Shown here piece by piece: positions 11,423 through 22,600 of a stretch of DNA of 64,000 nucleotides; position 1 is the stretch's first letter, and each line of letters starts with the position of its first letter. A program made the translations under genes and the position numbers. This stretch comes from Corallococcus exiguus (GTDB lineage: Bacteria; Myxococcota; Myxococcia; Myxococcales; Myxococcaceae), in assembly GCF_965139275.1 (NCBI RefSeq), contig NZ_CBCSLE010000005.1; one strand, 5' to 3'. The notes under the pieces were generated by a model. That model was given only the letters and a program-made list of their open reading frames with translations, did no database searches and had not been told where the DNA came from.

Positions 11423-12600
11423 GCTTGAGCCGCATCGAGTAGCAGTTCCTCGATGCCGCGAACGTAGGCGTCGAGTGACGCGTGTTCTCGCACGATGTCG
11501 AGCGCCCGCTGGACGAGCACCTCCTGTGCCGCCGCGTCCCGGTGGAGGGCCGCCAGCGCCTCGGCGAAGGCTTCACCCGTGCACGCCTTCACCAGCAGCG
11601 AAGCGTCGTGCCGATCAAGGAAGTCACGGGCACCGCCGCTGGGGGACGCCGCCACCGGCAGGCCGCAGGCCATGGCCTCCAGATACGTGAGGCCCTGGCC
11701 CTCGTGCTCCAGCTTTGACGCGAACAGGAGCGCATCCGCATCCTGATACAGCGGAAGCAACTGCTCGCGGGGAAGTTGCCCGGCCCATGCCACGCGTCCG
11801 TCTACCCGCAGCACCCGCGCCCGTTGCCGCAAGGACGTGAGATAGGCCGGATCGTCCGCCGCGCCCGCGAGCGTGAGGGTGGCCTTGACGCCGCGCTTCT
11901 CCAAGGCCGCCAGGGTGTCGATGGCCGCATCGGGGGCCTTGCTCGGATGGAGCCGGCCGACGAAGAGCAGCCGAGGCTCCGGGCGCATGGGCCGGAAGGG
12001 ACGAGGGGTGAAGCGCGACAGGTCCACGCCCTGTGGCCGCACGACACCGAAGTCCAGCGGCACACCCGCCGCGAGGCACGTGCGCCGGACCGCGTCCGAA
12101 AGCCACGCGACCCCTGCGGGCTGGATGCCGGTCCAAGTTCGTGAAGGCACCAGCAGCGAATCGAGCACGCTGCCCAGCCGAGCCCAGGGCCGCGCGTCGC
12201 GCCCCACGCTGAACGCCACCGGCCAGTCGTCGTTCACCGTGACGATCGCGGGGACGCCTGCCTCGTGGAGCACCCGCAGCGGCGCGAGCCCCAGTCTCCG
12301 CAGGCTCATGACCAGCACCGCATCCGGCCTGCCATGGTCCTTCAAGTAGCGGCGCACCGCCGCCGTGTTCCGCGCACCAGCCGCGAAGTGACGGAGGCGA
12401 TCCCGTCCCGCGGGCCGGCCGAAGCGGCGAGCCAGGCGCAGGGACCGCAGCACGCGCCCGTTCTCGGAGCCATCGCCGCTGGTGAGGACGTCGACCTCGT
12501 GGCCGCGTCGCTCCAACCCCTCCACCACATCTCGTGCGAGCAGCTCGTAGCCGCCGAGGACGTCGGGCGGGTACAGGTTGGTAAGGACGGTGACTCTCAC
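11395..12600 (-). CDS. Glycosyltransferase family 1
   Basis: Start placed at in-frame GTG (rc of 12598-12600) giving VRVTVLTNLYPPDVLGGYELLARDVV, the conserved GT4 N-terminus. Upstream part of ORF 11395..12915 is Pro/Arg-rich filler. C-terminal EGQGLTYLEAMACGLPVAAS motif. Confidence 0.8.
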   Translation of the reverse strand: MRVTVLTNLYPPDVLGGYELLARDVVEGLERRGHEVDVLTSGDGSENGRVLRSLRLARRFGRPAGRDRLRHFAAGARNTAAVRRYLKDHGRPDAVLVMSLRRLGLAPLRVLHEAGVPAIVTVNDDWPVAFSVGRDARPWARLGSVLDSLLVPSRTWTGIQPAGVAWLSDAVRRTCLAAGVPLDFGVVRPQGVDLSRFTPRPFRPMRPEPRLLFVGRLHPSKAPDAAIDTLAALEKRGVKATLTLAGAADDPAYLTSLRQRARVLRVDGRVAWAGQLPREQLLPLYQDADALLFASKLEHEGQGLTYLEAMACGLPVAASPSGGARDFLDRHDASLLVKACTGEAFAEALAALHRDAAAQEVLVQRALDIVREHASLDAYVRGIEELLLDAAQAHCLRSTTR

Positions 12601-12770
12601 GGGCAGGCCCTTCAGCTTGCAGGGGACATGCCTCCCCGCGAGCTGACTCCTTGCCCATGCACCGCCCGGATGTCTCGCATTGAGACGTCTCGGAATGGGA
12701 ATGGGGAAGGAGGGACGCCGCGGGTGGGGCGCGGAGTGTCTGGTCCATGAATTGCGTCTTGCCCGTGCAT

Positions 12771-14024
12771 ATGACGGCTGTGGAGCGCCCCGGGCGGCGC
12801 GTGGTGCATGTCCTTCGCAAGTACGACCCGCGTGAGTGGGGCGGGACGGAGACGCACGTCGTGGAGGTAACGCGGCGGCTGGCGGCGTTGGGCTGGGGGC
12901 CGGAGGTGCACGCACCGGCGGGGCCCTCGGAGCCGGATCGAGCGCTGGGCCCCGAGGTGCCGCTGCTGCGCTATCAGGCCTTCTGTCCGTTCCTGGGCCC
13001 GGCCGAGAAGCGAAGGGCGCTCGTCGCCAATGCCGGCAACCTGGCCACCTTCGATGAGCCGCTCCGGCTCGCGAAGGACGCGGGCCTCGCCCTGGCGCAC
13101 CTGCACACGGCGGGGCGCATCGGCGGAGCCGTGCGGACGGCCATGCGTCTCACGAGGCGCCCCTATGTCATCTCCGTGCATGGGCCACTGCTGGCGCGGA
13201 AGTCCTGGCTGGAGCAGGACACCGCGCGGCGGCTGTCAGGGCTCATGGATATGGGCCAGCCCATTGGATGGCTATTCGGCGCCCGGCGCGTCATCCAGGA
13301 CGCCGCGCGAGTCATCACCTTCAACGAAGAGGAGCGTCGCGCCCTGTCCGAGGTGGTCGGGGACCGGGCCGTGAGATTGGATCAGGGGGTCGACCTGAAG
13401 CGGATGGCCACGGGAAGCGCGCAGCGGGCGAGAGAGCGTTGGCCCCGGTTCGCCCGCGCACGTGTGGTCACCCTGGTGGGGCGCATCTCTCCGCAGAAGA
13501 ACCAGGTGCTAGCGGTGAGGGCCTTCGCCGTGGGGGCGCCCGAGGATCATCACCTGGTCCTCGCCGGCGCGACGGTGGACGCAGCCTATGGAGAACAGCT
13601 GAAGCAAGAGATCCAGGCACTGGGGCTCGGCGAGCGCGTCCATGTCCTCGGCAACCTGGACGCGGCCCGCGAGGTTCCGGATCTGCTGGCGCTCTCCAGG
13701 CTCGTGCTGGTGCCCTCGGCGCACGAGGCCTTCGGACTGGCGGTGTTGGAGGCGTGGGCGGCGGGGAGGCCGGCATTGCTGGCGGTGCACTCGGGCCTGG
13801 CGGATCTCGCCGGAGCCATTGGTCCGGAAGGGCTGAGCGTGCCGACCCTGGAGGTGGAGGACTGGGCCCAGGCGCTGCGGCAGGCACTCGCCAACCCCGT
13901 GCGGCTGGACGTGGCGGCGCGAGCGGGTGCCGCGCAGGTGCGTCAGCGCTTCAGCTGGGACGTGGTGGCGAGCAAGGTCGCGGAGCTCTACCAGGCGGTC
14001 CTCGAGGAAGGAGCGCGGCGATGA
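12771..14024 (+). CDS. Glycosyltransferase family 1
   Basis: MTAVERPGRRVVHVLRKYDPREWGGTETHV... GT4 N-domain and C-terminal HEAFGLAVLEAWAAGRPAL motif. Alternative ATG at 12747. Divergent from the GT at 11395-12600 with a 170-bp spacer. Confidence 0.8.
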   Translation: MTAVERPGRRVVHVLRKYDPREWGGTETHVVEVTRRLAALGWGPEVHAPAGPSEPDRALGPEVPLLRYQAFCPFLGPAEKRRALVANAGNLATFDEPLRLAKDAGLALAHLHTAGRIGGAVRTAMRLTRRPYVISVHGPLLARKSWLEQDTARRLSGLMDMGQPIGWLFGARRVIQDAARVITFNEEERRALSEVVGDRAVRLDQGVDLKRMATGSAQRARERWPRFARARVVTLVGRISPQKNQVLAVRAFAVGAPEDHHLVLAGATVDAAYGEQLKQEIQALGLGERVHVLGNLDAAREVPDLLALSRLVLVPSAHEAFGLAVLEAWAAGRPALLAVHSGLADLAGAIGPEGLSVPTLEVEDWAQALRQALANPVRLDVAARAGAAQVRQRFSWDVVASKVAELYQAVLEEGARR

Positions 14025-14854
14025 TGGACGGAAGCCCGGTGAGGAGGGGACTTCGTCGCTTGCAGCGGCTGGCGCTGGGACGGCGAGCCCGCACGTTCAA
14101 CGAGGACGAGCTCCGGTGTCCCGCGATGGTGTTCGCGCCGCACCCGGATGACGAGACGCTGGGGTGTGGGGGCGCCATCCTCCAGAAGCGGCGCGCGGGA
14201 GCGGCGGTGCGGATCGTCCTCCTGACGGACGGCGCCAGCTCACACGCGCACCTGATCTCACGCGACGAACTGAAGGCGCAGAGGGCGCAAGAGGCGCTGG
14301 GCGCGGCGAAGGTTCTAGGTGTGGAGGAGGCGGACGTCTTCCTGCTGGGCTTTCCCGACGGCGCGCTGGACTCGAACCGGGAGGCGGCAGTGGCCAGGGT
14401 GGAGGACCTGCTGCGGAGGCACCGGCCGGAGCACCTCTTCGTCCCGTACGCTCGGGGCGAACACGCGGACCACGTGAGCACGAACCACCTCGTGCATGAG
14501 GCAGTGGCAAGGGTAGGGCGGCCCGTCACGGTGTTCGAGTACGCGGTATGGGCCTGGAGGCACTGGCCCATGGTGGGCTTCGGAAGGACACGAAGGCAGC
14601 AGCGGTCGGTGCTCGCGGGGACGGTGTCGACGAGGCTGGGACTGCGGATCCTCAAGGACTTCCGGACGAAGGTGTCCCTCCGGGGCGTGGTGGAGCAGAA
14701 GCGAGCCGCGCTGGCGCTGCACGCCTCGCAGATGGAGCGCCGAGACGCGGAGCCTCGCTGGCACACGCTGCACGACGTGGACGGAGGCGAGTTCCTCCCG
14801 TGCTTCTTCGAGGAAGAGGAGCTCTACCGGCGCATCGACATCGCGGCGCGCTGA
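14021..14854 (+). CDS. PIG-L/LmbE-family N-acetylglucosaminyl deacetylase
   Basis: Real frame inside tracked ORF 13268..14854. ATG 14021 overlaps the previous stop. MVFAPHPDDETLGCGGAI...LLTDGASSH...HADHV are signature PIG-L motifs. Confidence 0.8.
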   Translation: MMDGSPVRRGLRRLQRLALGRRARTFNEDELRCPAMVFAPHPDDETLGCGGAILQKRRAGAAVRIVLLTDGASSHAHLISRDELKAQRAQEALGAAKVLGVEEADVFLLGFPDGALDSNREAAVARVEDLLRRHRPEHLFVPYARGEHADHVSTNHLVHEAVARVGRPVTVFEYAVWAWRHWPMVGFGRTRRQQRSVLAGTVSTRLGLRILKDFRTKVSLRGVVEQKRAALALHASQMERRDAEPRWHTLHDVDGGEFLPCFFEEEELYRRIDIAAR

Positions 14855-16260
14855 TGGAGACGAAGTTCCTCCTCTTCCTGGGCCTGTGTGCGGTCGTCAT
14901 TCCCGCCGGGATTCACGCCGTCGGGAGGTCCGAACGCCTGAAGCACCTCTGCGTCATCCTGCTCGTCTGGGGCACCACCCACGCCTCGGCGGTGTCCCTC
15001 AACTTCTTCAGCCGAGCCTGGTATCGCGGCACCACGCGTGGCTTCGAGTTCAGCTGGCTCGACTTCCTATGGATCTTCCTGTGGGTGGACGAGCTGCGGC
15101 ACCGCAAGCCAGGCCAGCGGCGCGAGTGGCCCCACGGGCTGGCCATCATGGGAGTGTTCCTCGCGTACAACGCGGTGAACGTCCTGCTCTCCGAGCCCCG
15201 GTTGTTCGGCCTGTTCGAGCTGTCGAAGATGTTCCGCGCCATCATGGTGTACGTGACGATCGCGGCCTGCGTGAAGAACGAGCGGGACCTCCGGCGCCTC
15301 GTCGCGGCGCTGGCCATCACGGTCATCTACGAGTGCTTCTGGGTGATCCACTCCCGGGTCGTGTTGGGGCACAGCCGGGCGGACGGGACGCTGTTCCACC
15401 CGAACACCGTGTCGATGTTCAACCTCATCGCGGTCCCGGTGCTGCTCGCGGTCGCGCTCTCGGACGTAGGGCCACGCCTCAAACGTCTGTGCGGCGTGGC
15501 CACCTTCCTGGGCTCCATCTCGGTGCTGTGCACCGTGTCGCGAGCGGGACTGGTTTCGCTAGGACTGCTCCTGGTGGCGGTGGCCTTGACGTGTGGGGCG
15601 TTGAAGCCAACGCCGAAGACAGCAGGGGTGGCGCTCCTGCTGTTGCTCGCGGCCATTCCCGTGGGCCTCAAGCTGGCACCGGCCTTCCAGGCCCGCTTCG
15701 ATTCCGAAGGAGGACTCTCCAGTGAGTTCGGGGGCAAGGAGCACGAAGGGCGCGGCGCCTACGTCCACCTCGCCCGGTTGATGCAAGAGGACCATGTCTT
15801 CGGAGTCGGGCTGAACAACTGGTCCTACGCGGTGTCCAACCAGTACGGCCGGATGATCGGCTTCGGTTACATCCCCTACACCGGCACGGAGGAAGCACCG
15901 CCCAAGGGCCCCATCCCGGCGGGCTCGAACGTGGACGCGGCCCAGGCCCCCCCGGGACACAGCCTGTATCTCATCACGCTGGGAGAGACAGGCTGGCCCG
16001 GGGTCATCCTCTTCGCGGCGGTCTGGCTGAGCTGGTTCAAGATGGGAGCCAGCTTCTTCCTCAAGCGTTCGCCCGCGCTGCGCTCACGCTTCGGAGTCGG
16101 AGTCTTCTTCGGACTGCTGGGCGCCTTCGCCCAGAGCTTCTCCGAATGGGAGTACCGCCAGACGCCACTGCTCTTCCTGCTGCACATCCTCTTGGGCGCA
16201 TTGGCGGCCGTGTACCCGGCCCGTCCGTCGGTGATGGCGAAGCGGGCCTCCGCGACATGA
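14854..16260 (+). CDS. Wzy-type polysaccharide polymerase / O-antigen-ligase family membrane protein
   Basis: Real frame inside tracked ORF 14548..16260. ATG 14854 shares one nt with the upstream TGA. About 10-12 hydrophobic helices and a large periplasmic loop with VFGVGLNNWSY, typical of the Wzy_C/O-antigen-ligase domain. Confidence 0.75.
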   Translation: METKFLLFLGLCAVVIPAGIHAVGRSERLKHLCVILLVWGTTHASAVSLNFFSRAWYRGTTRGFEFSWLDFLWIFLWVDELRHRKPGQRREWPHGLAIMGVFLAYNAVNVLLSEPRLFGLFELSKMFRAIMVYVTIAACVKNERDLRRLVAALAITVIYECFWVIHSRVVLGHSRADGTLFHPNTVSMFNLIAVPVLLAVALSDVGPRLKRLCGVATFLGSISVLCTVSRAGLVSLGLLLVAVALTCGALKPTPKTAGVALLLLLAAIPVGLKLAPAFQARFDSEGGLSSEFGGKEHEGRGAYVHLARLMQEDHVFGVGLNNWSYAVSNQYGRMIGFGYIPYTGTEEAPPKGPIPAGSNVDAAQAPPGHSLYLITLGETGWPGVILFAAVWLSWFKMGASFFLKRSPALRSRFGVGVFFGLLGAFAQSFSEWEYRQTPLLFLLHILLGALAAVYPARPSVMAKRASAT

Positions 16261-16303
16261 CGGCTCCGTGTTGGAGCATGGAGCCGTCAGCGCGGGATGG
16301 CTC

Positions 16304-19300
16304 CTACAGGCACACCCACTGGTATCTGGGGCTGCTGCCGACGGCACAAGCAGAGCCCAGCTGTGCGCAGGGTCCATCCGGGGAGAAGTTGTTGCAGTTG
16401 ACGGTCCGGCAGGCGCGGGAGCCATCGTCGCACGTACCCGTGTTGACCCATCTCGCACCGGAACTGACGCACGTTCCGCCGCTGCACGTCTGGCCACTGC
16501 CACAGGTCTGGACATCGGTGACGACTGTGCCAATACAGCCGCCGCCGGCGATGCAAAGGCCGCTGGTGATCCTCTGAATGGTGTTGCCGCTGCAGGTGTA
16601 GACGTCATAGGGCGTGCACGTCGTGACGTCGGTGGTGGCGGAGGAACCATTGCAGCCATTGCCAAGGCAAATGCCTCGGGTGGTCTTCTGAACGGTGTTG
16701 CCGTTGCAGGTGTAGGTGTCCACGGGCGAGCACGTCCTGACGTTGGTGGTGCTGCTGCCACCGCAGCCGCTGCCGCTACAGAGGCCGTTGGTGGTCTTCT
16801 GGACGGTGTTGCCGTTGCAAGAGTAGGTGTCGAAGGGGGAGCACGTCGTGACGTTGGTGGTGGTGCTGCCACCGCATCCACCACCGCTGCAGAAGCCGCT
16901 GGTGGTCTTCTGGACGGTGTTGCCGCTGCACGAATAGCTGTCCACCGGGGAGCACGTCTGGACGGCGGTGTCCGTGGAGCCGCAGGAGCCGCCGCTGCAA
17001 CCGGTGCCGGTGGTCCTGCGGACGGTGTTGCCGCTGCAGTAGTCGTTGCTCGCGGTGGAGCACGTCTGGACGAGGGTGTCGGTGGAGCCGCAGTTGCCGC
17101 CGCTGCAACCGGTGCCGGTGAGCTTCCGGACGGTGTTGCCGCTGCAGTAGTTGCTGCTGGAGGTGGAGCACGACTCGATGAGTTGCTGGGAGGATGTGCA
17201 GGCCCCGTTGGAGCAGCCGCCGTAGACAGTCTCGTAGGCGCCGTTGCCGCTGCAGTAGGGTCCGCTGCTGCCGGTCTGGCATGTCTGCACGAGGACGTCG
17301 GTGGACTGGCAGGAGCCGCCGCTGCAGGTGCCAGTGCCAGTGGTCCGCCGGATGTCATTGCCGCTGCAGTAGTTGTTGCTGGCGGTGCTGCAACTCAGGG
17401 GGGAGCCGCCACAGGAGCCCGCACCGTTGCAGACATCGCCCGTCGTGCACGAGTTGCTGTCATCGCAGCTGGCGCCCGCGGCCTTCGGCACATAGGAGCA
17501 GGTGCCGTTTGTGCAGGTGCCTGCGGACTGGTAGCACTGATTGGGAGGGTTGTTGCAGCTCAGTTCCGAGCCGCGACAGATGCCCGCACCGTCGCAGACG
17601 TCGCTCGTCGTACACGAGTTACTGTCATCGCAGAGGGTGCCCGCGGCCTTCGGCGGGTAGGTGCACGCTCCGTTGGAGTACGTGCCCGGGGAGCCATGGC
17701 AGGCGTCCGGCGGTGTCGTGCAGGCCGGCACTCCGGCGCAGACGCCCGCTCCGCTGCACACGTCGTTGATGGTGCCCCCATTGTTGTCATCACAAGCCGT
17801 GCCCGCCGCCTTCGGAGCATACGTGCACGCCCCGTCGCTGCACGTCCCCGCCAACTCGAAGCACTGGCTCGGCGGGCTGTTGCAGCCCATGGGCGTGCCT
17901 GAGCATCCGCCCGCCCCATTGCACGTCTCGCCCACCGTGCACGCATCCCCGTCGTCACACGCGGCGCCCGTCGCCTTGTACGAGTAGGAGCACGTCCCCT
18001 CGCTGCACGTTCCCGCCGTCTCATAGCACTGCCCCGGAGGACTGCCGCACTGGGTGGCACTTCCCGCGCAAACCCCCGCGCCGTTGCACGCGTCCGCGGT
18101 GGTGCACGTATCCCCATCGTCGCAGGTGACTCCAACGGCCTTCGGCGCATAGCTGCACACCCCATTGCCACACGTCCCCGTCGCCTCGTAGCAGGGCCCT
18201 GGTGCGCTGTTACAGGTCACCCAGGTGCACGCGTCGTAGCCATACAGCTCCGCCGTCTTCAGGCTCGTGCCGCTGGAGCCCAGGCCGCCCACCACCAGCA
18301 CCTTGCCCTGCGCCCCCAGCGACACCGCCACATGCGAATACCGAGCACCGACCATGGGAGTCGCCGCGCTCCATTGCCGGGTGACAGGGTCGTACACCTC
18401 CGTGCTCGCGAGTGCGGCCGTCGCGGCGCTGCCAAACATTCCGCCAGTCACCAGCACATGTCCCGTGCTCAGCAGGGTGGCGGTGTGCAACTCCCTGGCC
18501 GTGCCCAGCGCGCCCGTCGCACTCCACTGTCCGGTGCTCGGGTCATACTCCTCGGCCGTCACCAGCAGGCCGGTGCCGTTGCGGCCACCCACCACCAGCA
18601 CCTTGCCCGAAGGCAGAAGCGTCGCCGTGTGGTTGTAGCGCGCCGCCGCCAGGCTGCCCGTCGCCGCCCAGGTGTTGCTTGTAGGGTTGTACACCTCCGC
18701 CGACGCGAGGCTCATGCTCTCTACGCCGCCCGCCACCAGCACCTGGCCCGAAGGCAGCAGCGTCGCCGTATGGTTGCGACGCGGCACGCCCAGATTGGGG
18801 CCGGCACTCCAGCTTCCGGAGGCCGGGTCATACAGGTCCACCTTGAAGTAGGCCCCCGTATTGTTTCCACCGCCGGCCACCAGCACCTTGCCCGAGGGCA
18901 GCACCGTCGCCGTCACGGCAGCCCGAGCCACGCCCGTGGCGAAGCTCCCCGCGGAGGCCCATGTATTCGTGGCGGGGGAATACACCGCCGCGGAAGCCAG
19001 GCGGCCCGTCGCATTCTCTCCGCCCACCACGAGCACATTGCCCGAAGGCAGCAGCGTCAGGGCGTGGATCTGCCGGGCCTCCGGCATGGACGCGGCCGCC
19101 GTCCAGGAGCCCGTCGCGGGGTCGAAGAGGGTGGAGGAGGAGAGATAGCCACTGGCGTTGTAACCGCCCGTCACCAGCACCTTGCCAGACGGCAGCGCGA
19201 CGCCTGCGTGGTACTTGCGAGCCTCCGCCATGGGCGCGGTCTCGGTCCACCCCTCTACCGTCAGTGGCGAAGCCTGGTGAGCCAGCGTCTTCTCTTCCGG

Positions 19301-19375
19301 TGGTTTGCTACTACAGCCCACGACGACACAGACCAGCCCCAACAGCAGAGCCCTGCTGACTCTCCACGCGTCCAT
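16304..19375 (-). CDS. Giant secreted lipoprotein: N-terminal Kelch beta-propeller followed by Myxococcus cysteine-rich repeats and a second CSGN-type Cys repeat array
   Basis: Lipobox LLGLVCVVVGCSS. Six or more Kelch-like blades (LPSGKVLVTGG/ LPSGQVLVAGG ...). About 8 copies of a C..YAPKAAGT.CDDG[DN].CT..D.C.G.G.C repeat, then about 8 copies of a CS....NYCSGN.VR.TTGTGCSGG.CG repeat. Confidence 0.85.
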   Translation of the reverse strand: MDAWRVSRALLLGLVCVVVGCSSKPPEEKTLAHQASPLTVEGWTETAPMAEARKYHAGVALPSGKVLVTGGYNASGYLSSSTLFDPATGSWTAAASMPEARQIHALTLLPSGNVLVVGGENATGRLASAAVYSPATNTWASAGSFATGVARAAVTATVLPSGKVLVAGGGNNTGAYFKVDLYDPASGSWSAGPNLGVPRRNHTATLLPSGQVLVAGGVESMSLASAEVYNPTSNTWAATGSLAAARYNHTATLLPSGKVLVVGGRNGTGLLVTAEEYDPSTGQWSATGALGTARELHTATLLSTGHVLVTGGMFGSAATAALASTEVYDPVTRQWSAATPMVGARYSHVAVSLGAQGKVLVVGGLGSSGTSLKTAELYGYDACTWVTCNSAPGPCYEATGTCGNGVCSYAPKAVGVTCDDGDTCTTADACNGAGVCAGSATQCGSPPGQCYETAGTCSEGTCSYSYKATGAACDDGDACTVGETCNGAGGCSGTPMGCNSPPSQCFELAGTCSDGACTYAPKAAGTACDDNNGGTINDVCSGAGVCAGVPACTTPPDACHGSPGTYSNGACTYPPKAAGTLCDDSNSCTTSDVCDGAGICRGSELSCNNPPNQCYQSAGTCTNGTCSYVPKAAGASCDDSNSCTTGDVCNGAGSCGGSPLSCSTASNNYCSGNDIRRTTGTGTCSGGSCQSTDVLVQTCQTGSSGPYCSGNGAYETVYGGCSNGACTSSQQLIESCSTSSSNYCSGNTVRKLTGTGCSGGNCGSTDTLVQTCSTASNDYCSGNTVRRTTGTGCSGGSCGSTDTAVQTCSPVDSYSCSGNTVQKTTSGFCSGGGCGGSTTTNVTTCSPFDTYSCNGNTVQKTTNGLCSGSGCGGSSTTNVRTCSPVDTYTCNGNTVQKTTRGICLGNGCNGSSATTDVTTCTPYDVYTCSGNTIQRITSGLCIAGGGCIGTVVTDVQTCGSGQTCSGGTCVSSGARWVNTGTCDDGSRACRTVNCNNFSPDGPCAQLGSACAVGSSPRYQWVCL

Positions 19376-19389
19376 GACAACTCCAGGGA

Positions 19390-19415
19390 ATGGAGGCGCA
19401 CAGAGGGGCCTCCAT
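19390..19415 (-). promoter_or_regulatory. Conserved 5'-leader inverted repeat (ATGGAGGC-N10-GCCTCCAT) upstream of the Kelch lipoprotein gene
   Basis: 8-bp perfect arms located about 15-40 nt upstream of the ATG at 19375. An identical element sits before the paralogue (23107-23133). Confidence 0.4.
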
Positions 19416-19690
19416 GAAATTTGGTTTAGCCCGCCAGCATGGCGATCCGCTTTTGAAACACAATCATTTCGCCATGCGGCCGACGCTCTACATGAGATCG
19501 TGCATTGGCCCCAATCACGACCATGGAGTCGTCCCCTGCGAGCCGGGTGTCGACAGACTCATCCACGCCGAGCTCTTGGGCGCCGCGGAGCACCCCGTCG
19601 AGGCGAAGCCTCCGTGCGTTGGGGGCGCACGGAGGCTTCCACGCTGAATTCAACAGGTGTGAGTGGGCGGACTGCTACTCACACATTCAT

Positions 19691-22600
19691 TCAGTACGGT
19701 GCGCACTTCCATTCGTTACGACCGGTGGGACCGCCGTAAGCGAAGCAGGTGGAACCCACCGGCCTGCAGTCCTGACCGTCCGGGTTGACGGGGGGCCAGC
19801 ATTCATTGGATGGGCACCGCGTGCTGCACGAACCCACCAACTGCCAGAGCCCATCGTTGGAAACGCATGCGCCGTCGCTGCACATCTCGAACTGGCTGTT
19901 GCACGTCTGGACCAGGGTGTCCGTGGAGCCGCAGGTACCACTGCCGCTGCAACCCGTGCCAGTCGTCCTCCGGACGGTGTTGCCGCTGCAGTAGGTCGTG
20001 CTCGCGGTGGAGCACGTCTGGACCAAGGTGTCGCTGGAGCCACAGTTGCCACCGCTACAGCCGGTGCCAGTGGTCCTCCGCACGTTATTGCCGCTGCAAT
20101 AGGTCGTGCTCGCGGTGGAGCACGTCTGGACGAAGGAGTCGGAGGACCCGCAGGAGCCGCCGCTGCAACCGGTGCCGGTGCTCTTCCGCACATCATTGCC
20201 GCTGCAGTAGTTCGTGCTCGTGGTGGAGCACGTCTGGACGAGCTGCTGGCTGGACGAGCAGGAGCCTCCGCTGCAGCCGCCATTGACGGTCTGGTAGACG
20301 CTGTTGCCGCTGCAGAATGGGCTGCTGGTGCCCGTCGCGCACGTCTGGACGAGCGTGTCGGTGACGCCACAGGAGCCACCGCTGCAACCGGTGTAGGAGG
20401 TCTTCCGGACGGTGTTGCCGCTGCAGTAGTTGCTGCTCCCGGTGGCGCAGTTCTGGACGACGGTGTCGGTGGAGCCGCAGGAGCCGCCGCTGCATCCAGT
20501 GCCGGTCAGCTTCCGGACGGTGTTGCCGCTGCAGTAGTTGCTGCTGGAGGTGGAGCACGACTCGATGAGCTGCTGGGTGGACGTGCATGCACCGTTGGAG
20601 CAGCCGCCGTAAACGGTCTGGTAGGCACCATTGCCGCTGCAGAAGGGGCCGCTGGTGCCTGTCTGGCACGACTGCACGAGGACGTCGGTGGACTGGCAGG
20701 AGCCACCGCTGCAGGTGCCCGTGCCGGTGGTCTTCCGGACGTCATTTCCGCTGCAGTAATTGGTGCTCGCGGTGCTGCAACTCAGCGCCGTGCCGCCGCA
20801 GGTGCCGGAGCCATTGCACACGTCACCCGTCGTGCACGCGTTGCTGTCATCGCAGCTGGCGCCCGAGGACTTCGGCACGTAGGAACAGGTGCCGTTGGAG
20901 CAGGTGCCGGCGGACTGGTAGCACTGATTGGGCGGGCTGTTGCAGCTCAGCGCCGAGCCGCCACAGGTGCCGGTACCGTTGCAGACGTCGCCGGTCGTGC
21001 ACGCATTGCCGTCATTGCAGCTGGCCCCCGAGGCTTTCGGCACATAGGAGCAGGTGCCGTTGGAGCAGGTTCCCGCCGCCTCGTAGCACTGGCTGGGCGG
21101 GCTGTTGCAGCTCAGCTCCGAGCCGCCGCAAGTACCGGCCCCGTTGCAGATGTCGCCCGTCGTGCACGCGTTGCCGTCATCACAGATCGCACCCAAGGAC
21201 TTCGGCGCATAGCTGCAAGTGCCGTTGGAGCAGGTGCCGGCGGCCTGGTGGCACTGGCTGGGAGGGCTGTTGCAGCTCAGGGCCGCACCACCGCACGTGC
21301 CAGCACCGTTGCAGACATCGCCCGTCGTGCAGGCGTTGCCATCATCGCAGAGGGTGCCCGTGGCCTTCGGCGGGTAGGTGCACGCTCCGTTGGAGTAGGT
21401 GCCCGGCAAGCCATGGCAGGCATCCGGCGGCGTCGTGCAGGCCGGGACGCCCGCGCAGACGCCTGCTCCGCTGCACACGTCGTTGATGGTGCCGCCATTG
21501 CCGTCATCACAGGCCGTGCCCGCCGCCTTCGGCGCATAGGAGCACGCGCCCTCACTGCACGTCCCCGCTGCCTCGAAGCACTGGCTCGGAGGGCTGTTGC
21601 AAGTCACCGGCGTGCCCGCGCACCCGCCCGCTCCGTTGCACGTCTCATCCACCGTGCACGCATCCGCGTCATCACACGAGGCACCGGCTTCCTTGTACGA
21701 ATAGGAGCACGTCCCGTCGCTGCACGCCCCCGCCGCCGCGTAGCACTGCCCCGGAGGACTGCCGCACTGGGTGGCGCTTCCCGCGCACACGCCCGCGCCG
21801 TTGCATACGTCCGTCCCGGTGCACGCATCCCCGTCGTCGCAGGTGGCCCCAGCCGCCTTCAGCGCGTAGCTGCACACGCCATTGCTGCACGTCCCCGCCG
21901 CCTCGTAGCAGGCCCCCGGAGCGCTGTTGCACGTCACCCCAGCGCACGCGTCGTACCCGTAGACCTCCGCCGTCTTCAGGCTCGCGCCGGTGGCGCCAAT
22001 ACCGCCCACCACCAACACCTTGGCCTGCGTCGCCAGCGAGACCGCCACATGCGAATACCTCGCACCGACCATGGGGCCCGCCGCACTCCACTGCCGGGTG
22101 GCCGGGTCGTACACCTCCGAGCTCGCCAGTGCGGCCGTCGCTGCGCTGCCATACATGCCGCCCGTTACCAGCACCTTGCCGGTGCTCAGCAGGGTTGCTG
22201 AGTGCAGCTCCCTGGCCGTGCCCAGCGCGTCCGTCGCGCTCCACTGCCCGGTGCTCGGGTCGTATTCCTCCGCTGTCGCCAGCAGCCCGCTGCTGTTGCG
22301 GCCACCCACCACCAGCACCTTGCCCGAAGGCAGCCGCGTCGCCGTGTGGTTGTAGCGCGCCGCCGCCAGGCTTCCCGTCGCAGCCCACGTATTGCTCGTC
22401 GGGTCATACACTTCCGCCGTCGCCAGGCTCGCGCCCCCGACGCCGCCCGCCACCAGCACCTGCCCGGTCGTCAGCAGCGTCGCCGTATGGTCGCGCCGCG
22501 CCACTCCCAGACTCGGGCCGACACTCCAGGTTCCCGCCACTGGCTCATACACATCCACATTGAACTTGGGGCCGCCGGAGTTGCCACCGCCCGCCACCAG

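Noticed and set aside
16268-17902. Long Ala/Gly/Arg-rich ORFs antisense to the Kelch lipoprotein genes (e.g. 16268..17902, 19505..22201, 18332..19417, 22202..23365)
   Set aside because: They mirror the nucleotide repeats of the sense-strand Cys-rich repeats, give low-complexity polyA/G/R translations, and have no start-codon context. They are artefacts.
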